Shown in pieces: positions 14,078-19,755 of a stretch of DNA of 19,755 nucleotides. The position numbers and the translations under genes were made by a program. How positions within the stretch are numbered: position 1 is the first letter of the stretch; the number at the start of each line of letters is the position of its first letter. The notes beneath the pieces were generated by a model. It saw only the letters and a list, made by a program, of their open reading frames with translations, had not been told where the DNA came from and did not search any database. The stretch comes from Candidatus Aenigmatarchaeota archaeon (GTDB taxonomy: Archaea; Aenigmatarchaeota; Aenigmatarchaeia; CG10238-14; WAMV01), in assembly GCA_015522145.1 (NCBI GenBank), contig WAMV01000006.1, positions 1 through 19,755 of the forward strand, given 5' to 3'.

Positions 14078-16494
14078 CTACATTTAGAAAAGCCACAAGA
14101 GTAGCAAACTTCACATCCAGCCTGTAAAACAGTTGGGTTTCCACAATTTGGGCATATACCATACTCTATTTTCTCTTCTTTTTGTTCGTGTTTTGTTGGA
14201 AGGGTAATGAAATGAGAAAGTTTTGTTTCTTGTGCTTCCAGCTCTCCAATGAATAATTTCAAGGCTTTGGCTATAGCATCTGGGACAGAATAAATTACTA
14301 TACCAATATCCTGTCTTATCGGAACCCCACTTTTAATGTTGTCTAGCTGTCTTATAACTTCATGGACATCAATACCTGACCTTAAAGCTAAAGAAACCAA
14401 TCTGCCAAGAGCTTCAGCAAAAGATTGCACTGTACTTCCTGTTTTACCAATTTCAACAAAGACCTCTAAAGGCTTGGAACTTTCGTCAGCGTTAACTGTT
14501 ATGTAAGCATTACCCAACTCGGTTTTGAACTTGTAAGTCTTACCTTGTAATATGATTGACCTATCCCTTTTCTTTTTTTCTTTGCCAAGTTCTTTTTCTG
14601 AAATCATTACACCTTCTCTTGAACCTTCCCTATAAACTGTTATTCCTTTGCAACCGTACTTCCAAGCTAACAAGTAAACTTTTGCTATATCTTCAACCGT
14701 AGCTTCTTCTGGGAAATTTACAGTTGAGGAAATTGAGCTATCAATGTGTTTTTGTATTGTTCCTTGCATCAAAACTCTAAATTCTGGTTTGATTTCATGA
14801 GCGGTAACGAAAAACTCTGGCAAGCTTTCTTCATTAACGCCGAAAATTTCCATATACTCTTTAACTAAAGGGTGATAAACTTTGAAAATCTCCTTAGATA
14901 AACTTTCACTTCTTCTTATATAGCTTAGCTGAAATATTGGCTCTATACCATTAGAGCAGCCTGCAAGTATGCTAATACTTCCTGTAGGTGCTATAGAAAG
15001 AACTGTAACATTTCTTATACCATGTTCTTTTATTTTCCTCTTTATTTCTTCTGGCAAATTCTTTGCAAAACCTCTTTGCAAATATTTTTCTGCATTAAAG
15101 CCTGGAAATGGACCCTTTTCTTTGGCAAGCTCTATGCTTGCCTCGTAAGCCCAGACTTTTATTTTATGCATTAAATAGTCAACAAATTCAATAGCTTCTT
15201 GGCTATCATACTTTATTCCTAACTTAATTAGCATATCTGCTAAGCCCATTATACCTAAACCTATTCTTCTGGAGTATAATGAGTGCTCGCTCTGTTCCTT
15301 TAATGGGTGCCTGTCTTTATTATAATCCAAAACATCGTCCAAAAATCTTACGCCAAGCTTAACCACTTTTTCCAATTTTTGATAATCAACTTTAGCATCC
15401 TGGGTAAATGCGTTTATAACAAACTTAGATAAATTTATAGAGCCTAGATTGCATACACCATAAGGTTCAAGAGGTACTTCTCCACAAGGATTTGTTCCTT
15501 GAATGACCATTTTTTCATCATAATCGCTGTTAGACATTTCTTTCATCCTAGTCCAGAAAATTACACCTGGTTCAGCCGAGCTCCATGCATGCTTAACAAG
15601 TTCATTCCAAATTTCTAAAACTTTAACTTTCTTCATAACTTTTATTCTAAGCAAATTGTACTTTTCGTCATATTCTTTTTCGTCAAGAAACTCAAACTCA
15701 TAACCATTCGACTTGAGTATTTCTTTAATTCTGTTTATTCTTTTTTCTTTTGTTTCTGAATCCTTAGGTATCTTTGTTTCAAATTCATGCCAAAGAGTAT
15801 ATTCTTTATTCTTGTTTCCTTTTAAAGCCTCATCAACAGCTTCCATAAAGTCATCAGTAACCTTTACTGAAATGTTCGCAAACCTTACATGAGTTCTGCT
15901 AGGGTCATCTTTAATTCTTATAAAATCTAAAACGTCTGGGTGTCTAACTTCTATGGTTATCATCAAAGCCCCTCTTCTCCCTGCTTGCCCAATAGTTCCT
16001 GTAACTTTAGAATAGAGATCCATAAAGGAAACAGCTCCTGTACTAGTTATTGCTGAATTGGAAACTGGCGTACCTTTAGGTCTTAATACGGTTATATCTA
16101 TACCAACTCCGCCACCATAAGAATAGGTTCTTGCCATTTCCCTAGCAGTTCTGAAAATGTCTTCTATAGAATCACCTTTTATAGGTAAGAAGTAGCAGTT
16201 CATTAAGGTAACTCTGTTGGGATTACCTGCCCCATACAATATTCTGCCTCCAGGAACAAATTTGAAATCAGATAATAGCCAATAAAATTCTTTAGCCCAC
16301 TTTTCCCTGTCCTTTTCAACTGAAGCTATGCTAGAAGCCACTCTTTGCCACATTTGCTCTGGTGTTTTCTCACCAAGCTCCTTTACAGCATACTTCTCAT
16401 AAAATACTCTAGCTCTTAATTCGTCTCCATCAAACCATCTTAGTGTTTCTTCTGGCAAGCCATTTTGATTTTCAAGCTTTGTTTTTACTGCCAA
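14074..16494 (-). CDS. nrdJ: Adenosylcobalamin-dependent (class II) ribonucleotide reductase with C-terminal TSCPD-like and Zn-ribbon regions
   Basis: PGGRIL, NCY, GGGVG, RRGALM, AEPG, NPCGE (thiyl Cys), CNLGSINL, APTGSIS, KGITVYR-x-GSR, SVPDA and terminal CPNCG...C-x-x-C-x-x-CGFSKC. No ATP cone or intein. TTG at 16494 follows the SD AGGGGTG by 6 nt; the ORF-track GTG at 16503 lies inside that SD. Confidence 0.93.
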   Translation of the reverse strand: MAVKTKLENQNGLPEETLRWFDGDELRARVFYEKYAVKELGEKTPEQMWQRVASSIASVEKDREKWAKEFYWLLSDFKFVPGGRILYGAGNPNRVTLMNCYFLPIKGDSIEDIFRTAREMARTYSYGGGVGIDITVLRPKGTPVSNSAITSTGAVSFMDLYSKVTGTIGQAGRRGALMITIEVRHPDVLDFIRIKDDPSRTHVRFANISVKVTDDFMEAVDEALKGNKNKEYTLWHEFETKIPKDSETKEKRINRIKEILKSNGYEFEFLDEKEYDEKYNLLRIKVMKKVKVLEIWNELVKHAWSSAEPGVIFWTRMKEMSNSDYDEKMVIQGTNPCGEVPLEPYGVCNLGSINLSKFVINAFTQDAKVDYQKLEKVVKLGVRFLDDVLDYNKDRHPLKEQSEHSLYSRRIGLGIMGLADMLIKLGIKYDSQEAIEFVDYLMHKIKVWAYEASIELAKEKGPFPGFNAEKYLQRGFAKNLPEEIKRKIKEHGIRNVTVLSIAPTGSISILAGCSNGIEPIFQLSYIRRSESLSKEIFKVYHPLVKEYMEIFGVNEESLPEFFVTAHEIKPEFRVLMQGTIQKHIDSSISSTVNFPEEATVEDIAKVYLLAWKYGCKGITVYREGSREGVMISEKELGKEKKKRDRSIILQGKTYKFKTELGNAYITVNADESSKPLEVFVEIGKTGSTVQSFAEALGRLVSLALRSGIDVHEVIRQLDNIKSGVPIRQDIGIVIYSVPDAIAKALKLFIGELEAQETKLSHFITLPTKHEQKEEKIEYGICPNCGNPTVLQAGCEVCYSCGFSKCS

Positions 16495-16942
16495 CTTTAA
16501 CACCCCTTAGCTTTCTTATCTCTCTTTCAAAAGATCCAAGATCTTTGAACCTTCTATAAACGCTTGCAAATCTTATATAAGCAACATCATCTAATTTCCT
16601 TAACTCTTCCATAACGTACTCTCCAATCTTTTTGGAAGTTATTTCTCTTTTACCTGAAGATATGATTTTCATTATTATTCTGTCTACAATTTCGTCAATT
16701 TTATCTAAACTTATGGGCCTTTTTTCACAAGCTTTCATGATACCTATCTTTATTTTATCTCTACTGAATCTTTCCAACCTTCCATCTCTTTTCTTTACAT
16801 AAATAACTGGCAACTCCATTCTTTCATACGTGGTAAACCTTTTCCCACACTTTATACATTCTCTCCTCCTTCTTACAAAAACGTTAAAATCTCTACTATC
16901 CTTAACTTTAGTTTCTTGGTATCCACAGTAGGGACATTTCAC
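16472..16942 (-). CDS. nrdR: Transcriptional repressor NrdR
   Basis: MKCPYC...DSR...RRRREC-x-x-C-x-x-RFTTYE Zn ribbon, ATP cone VKKRDGR-x-E-x-F, ACEKRP, AYIRFASVYR-x-F. Overlaps the nrdJ start. Confidence 0.97.
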   Translation of the reverse strand: MKCPYCGYQETKVKDSRDFNVFVRRRRECIKCGKRFTTYERMELPVIYVKKRDGRLERFSRDKIKIGIMKACEKRPISLDKIDEIVDRIIMKIISSGKREITSKKIGEYVMEELRKLDDVAYIRFASVYRRFKDLGSFEREIRKLRGVKVGSKNKA

Positions 16943-16956
16943 TGTATCAGCCCAAA

Positions 16957-16972
16957 ATACTATATATTGTGT
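16957..16972. promoter_or_regulatory. NrdR box, gene-proximal
   Basis: ATACTATATATTGTGT matches the NrdR consensus acaCwAtATaTwGtgt at 15 of 16 positions. It lies 14 nt upstream of the nrdR GTG. Confidence 0.9.
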
Positions 16973-16989
16973 TTTTTTGATACAACAAA

Positions 16990-17005
16990 ATACAATATAT
17001 AGTGT
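16990..17005. promoter_or_regulatory. NrdR box, promoter-proximal
   Basis: ATACAATATATAGTGT matches the consensus at 15 of 16 positions. It is 33 bp start-to-start from the other box. Confidence 0.9.
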
Positions 17006-17007
17006 GT

Positions 17008-17015
17008 TATTTAAA
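17008..17015 (-). promoter_or_regulatory. Putative TATA box of nrdR-nrdJ
   Basis: Minus strand reads TTTAAATA, preceded by A-rich sequence, 2 nt from the distal NrdR box. Confidence 0.55.
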
Positions 17016-17048
17016 TTATTTTATGTTCTCAAATCTATTTTTTACAAA

Positions 17049-17648
17049 CTATTTAAAGAAGTCAACAGGAGTAAGCTTAAATTCTGAGGATTTTTTAATT
17101 TTTCCCTTCAACAACAAAATTTCCCTAGCTAGTAGCCAGTAAACAACTGCTAATGATTTTCTGGATCTGTTGTTGGCTGGAATTATCAAGTCAACATAAT
17201 CTGGATTCGTGTGGGTATCGCAAATGGCTATGATTGGTATGTTTGATTTTATGGCCTCTTCCATTGCCTGCTCATCTATAACTGGGTCAGTAATCAAAAC
17301 TATATCTGGCTCCATATATTTCTCGTACTTTGGATTGGTTAGAGTGCCTGGCATAAACCTTTCTATTATGTATTTAAAACCTACTGTCTCAGCAAATTTC
17401 TTTACGGCTTTTTTCGCTGCAGGCTTTCTTCCAACAACTAAAACATTATTCATTTTTGCCAATAATTGAGCTGCCAATCTAATTCTCTTATCTATTTTTT
17501 CTATGTCCATTATGGCTACTCCATCTGGTCTTATTCGATAGATAAATTTAGCCATTTTTTTGTTTTTTCTTTTGCTGCCTACATGTATTCCAGATTTTAT
17601 GTATAGTTCACGTGATATTAGTAAGTCTTCTTTTTTCTTCTTCGGCAC
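17049..17648 (-). CDS. rps2: 30S ribosomal protein uS2, archaeal type
   Basis: SGIHVGS, FIYR-x-RPDG, RFMPGTLTNP, EPD...TDP, IPANN-x-S-x-KSL, WLLARE. GTG start with a GGGTGA SD overlapping the upstream stop. Confidence 0.96.
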   Translation of the reverse strand: MPKKKKEDLLISRELYIKSGIHVGSKRKNKKMAKFIYRIRPDGVAIMDIEKIDKRIRLAAQLLAKMNNVLVVGRKPAAKKAVKKFAETVGFKYIIERFMPGTLTNPKYEKYMEPDIVLITDPVIDEQAMEEAIKSNIPIIAICDTHTNPDYVDLIIPANNRSRKSLAVVYWLLAREILLLKGKIKKSSEFKLTPVDFFK

Positions 17649-17652
17649 TTTA

Positions 17653-18450
17653 TCACCCTATGTAAGTCAATTTTTCCTTTTCTTCTTTAGGCATTTCCTG
17701 CCTTAATAAGCGCATGATGGCTTGCTTCTCCATATCTTTTACCCTCTTATAAAGTTCTTCAGCCTCCACCACTTGCTTATGTAAATCAGATGTATCAATT
17801 TCAAAATTTATAATTTTCGAAAATGTTTTAAGCACGGCTTCTGAAGCTTTTGGGTCAGGTAATATTGGCGAACCATGAGTTTCGCCCAGCAAGCAAATAC
17901 CATTCATTTTATAAAATTTAGCTAATCCTATTAATAGGCCTGCAGCGCCTATTATGCTACCTATTTTTTCACTGGCGTTAAAATCTATGCCCAGCTTTTC
18001 ATATTTTTTTCTTATCTTTTCGCTATTGGCCACAGCTAGAACATGGGGTTTATTAACTTTTTCTCCTATGGAATAGCCAGCAAGTGTTACCACTTCCTTT
18101 ATTCCAATTTTTTTAGCATAGGCTAATATAGTTTCCGCTATTTCATAATGGCCTTGCGGGTCCATGCTTTGCATATCTCCTATTAAAATAACCATGTCTC
18201 TCTTCAGCTTTCTAGCTCCTTTAACTTTGAAGAACTCATTTTTGATGACTTGGCTTAAAGAGGTTTGTGGATCTATCCAGATGAAATTACCAAAATGGTC
18301 AGAATAAAGTTCTGCTATTTTTTCAGTTTTAAAGAAGTTTACTAAGTAGCCTGCTGCAATTCTACCAACATTACCTATACCAGGCAAGCCTACTACTAGC
18401 ATACCATTCTTAAGTTTTGTTTTTTTAATTTCCACAATTTTAGTTACCAT
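17653..18450 (-). CDS. PAC2 family (proteasome assembly chaperone-like) protein
   Basis: GLPGIGNVG-x-IA, GD-x-Q, I-x-GAAGLL, CLLGET-x-G, DPK-x-S and terminal YIG. Sits in the usual position after aIF2a-nop10. Confidence 0.92.
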   Translation of the reverse strand: MVTKIVEIKKTKLKNGMLVVGLPGIGNVGRIAAGYLVNFFKTEKIAELYSDHFGNFIWIDPQTSLSQVIKNEFFKVKGARKLKRDMVILIGDMQSMDPQGHYEIAETILAYAKKIGIKEVVTLAGYSIGEKVNKPHVLAVANSEKIRKKYEKLGIDFNASEKIGSIIGAAGLLIGLAKFYKMNGICLLGETHGSPILPDPKASEAVLKTFSKIINFEIDTSDLHKQVVEAEELYKRVKDMEKQAIMRLLRQEMPKEEKEKLTYIG

Positions 18451-18595
18451 ATTTTATTTTCCTCCTATACTCCCCATATTTGTCTTTAGGTGAATATTTT
18501 GGTGGATAAGCAAGCTTAGTTTCATTATTACATTTAGGACACTTTAACTTAAATGTGTACGTCCAGCAATTGTCGCATCTTCTAAGTTTCTTCAT
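18440..18595 (-). CDS. nop10: H/ACA RNP protein Nop10 (51 aa), below the ORF-track size cutoff
   Basis: Manual translation: MKKLRRCDNCWTYTFKLKCPKCNNETKLAYPPKYSPKDKYGEYRRKIKYGN*. Zn ribbon plus PP-x-YSP-x-DKYG-x-YR. ATGA overlap with the aIF2a stop. Confidence 0.95.
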   Translation of the reverse strand: MKKLRRCDNCWTYTFKLKCPKCNNETKLAYPPKYSPKDKYGEYRRKIKYGN

Positions 18596-19332
18596 TTTAT
18601 TAATTTAAAATCAAACTCATCTAAATCGTTTTTCTTCTTCATTTTTTCTAAATAGTTAATAACTTCCTTTTCTTTTTGTTTTGGGTTTGTCGTTTCTACC
18701 GTTAGCAAATATTTTGGCGATGCTATCAAAGTAACATTGCCTTTGAGAGATTTTTCGATTTGGCTCAGAACCTCTTTAATTTTCTGAACACCGTCGCTGG
18801 CCAAGCTTCTGGCTGTTATTTCTACTTTTATTTCTATTACCTTTTCTTTTATGTTTTTCTTTAAGACTTCTAAAATCTTGTCTCTGTATTTGGCTGGTAT
18901 GCTCAATTCTTCCATTATCTTGGGATTTTTCCTTATTTCTACAAGAGCATCAAAAAGATTTTCATAAACGTTTAGAATTTTGTTTTTCAACTCTTCTTTG
19001 TTGTAGCCAGTTTCTTTTTCTATTTGTTTTAAAATCATTTCTCCCCTTATTTTCTTTCTGTAATCTTCCCATTTTTTCCTCTCTTCTATTTTTGATACTC
19101 TTTTCAGGCTTAAGTATACAAACCTTTTGTTTTTATCAACCTTAATTACTTTAGCTACGTATTCTTTGTTCTCTTTAACATAATGCTTTATATTCTTGAC
19201 TATTCTAGGGGCCACTTCATTTAGATGAATCATACCTGTAGCGTTGTATTCTTTTAGCTCACACCAAGCCGCATAAGGTGTTATGTTCACTACTTTGCAT
19301 ATTACTAGCTCATTTACTTCTGGTAAATCCAT
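18592..19332 (-). CDS. eif2a: Translation initiation factor aIF2 subunit alpha
   Basis: LPE-x-x-ELV, S1 domain (L-x-EY, G-x-IH-x-x-EV, KVIKVD, LSLKRV), C-terminal DGVQKIK and SPKY. Directly upstream of nop10. Confidence 0.93.
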   Translation of the reverse strand: MDLPEVNELVICKVVNITPYAAWCELKEYNATGMIHLNEVAPRIVKNIKHYVKENKEYVAKVIKVDKNKRFVYLSLKRVSKIEERKKWEDYRKKIRGEMILKQIEKETGYNKEELKNKILNVYENLFDALVEIRKNPKIMEELSIPAKYRDKILEVLKKNIKEKVIEIKVEITARSLASDGVQKIKEVLSQIEKSLKGNVTLIASPKYLLTVETTNPKQKEKEVINYLEKMKKKNDLDEFDFKLIK

Positions 19333-19364
19333 GTAAAAAATTAATTTTGTTATAACATTTATTT

Positions 19365-19755
19365 ATGCAAACAAAAGCCATGCAAGTTTATAAAATATTG
19401 AAAAAAGAGTATGGTAATGTGAAGACAACTTTAGAATATAAGAATGATTTTCAACTTGTTATAGCTGCCATACTTTCAGCAAACGCCAACGATATAATGG
19501 TAGACAAAGTAACTAAAGTTTTATTTAAAAAATTTCCTACTGCAAGAAAACTAGCTGACGCTAGACTCACAGAAATAGAAAAAATAATTAGGTCTGTAGG
19601 CCTTTACAAACAAAAAGCAAAGTATATTAGAGAGGTTGCAAGAATTTTATCAAACAAAAAAATACCAGATAACATAAATGATTTAATTAAACTACCTGGA
19701 GTTGGAAGAAAGGTAGCCAATGTTATACTTTATAATGTTTATGGGAAGAATGAAG
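19365..19755 (+). CDS. nth: Endonuclease III (HhH-GPD DNA glycosylase), truncated by the window end
   Basis: Manual translation: MQTKAMQVYKILKKEY...TTLEYKNDFQLVIAAILSANAND...IIRSVGLYKQKAKYI...LIKLPGVGRKVANVIL, with the HhH motif and catalytic Lys. Open to the end of the window. Alternative start at 19380. Confidence 0.92.
   Translation, partial: MQTKAMQVYKILKKEYGNVKTTLEYKNDFQLVIAAILSANANDIMVDKVTKVLFKKFPTARKLADARLTEIEKIIRSVGLYKQKAKYIREVARILSNKKIPDNINDLIKLPGVGRKVANVILYNVYGKNE

Noticed and set aside
14074..16494. Intein in nrdJ
   Set aside because: The usual insertion sites (NPCGE, RRGA) are uninterrupted, and there are no splicing or LAGLIDADG motifs.
17209..17469. 86-aa + strand ORF
   Set aside because: Antisense shadow of rps2.
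19470..19495. Nth motif LSANAND instead of LSAQxTD as a sign of changed function
   Set aside because: The HhH motif and catalytic Lys are intact and the rest of the gene is outside the window, so altered specificity cannot be supported.

Overview
AT-rich, very gene-dense archaeal chromosomal segment. Archaeal markers are aIF2-alpha, Nop10, a PAC2 chaperone, archaeal-type uS2 and ValRS, CCA-less tRNAs and TATA promoters. The compaction suggests a small-genome, DPANN-like lineage, but that is inference. Contents in order: a partial CDS, tRNA-Arg(TCG), a divergent SUF Fe-S locus (sufCBD / sufS-sufU-orphan ORF), tRNA-Val(GAC), an MgtC/DUF4010 membrane protein, tRNA-Glu(CTC), an AT-rich GtrA - nucleotidyltransferase - FkbM block behind acyP-valS, trxB, gdhA, an unannotated 37-aa ORF, a small membrane protein with an internal repeat, nrdR-nrdJ with tandem NrdR boxes, an aIF2a-nop10-PAC2-rps2 operon and a partial nth. 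No CRISPR array, integrase or transposase was seen. Most notable: (1) a bacterial-style NrdR repressor with paired operators next to a candidate archaeal TATA box; (2) a perfect 38-bp repeat shared by sufB and sufD; (3) a HEPN-less nucleotidyltransferase in a glycan-type cassette ending at tRNA-Glu; (4) a charge-segregated microprotein; (5) two tRNAs with A15:U48 instead of archaeal G15:C48.
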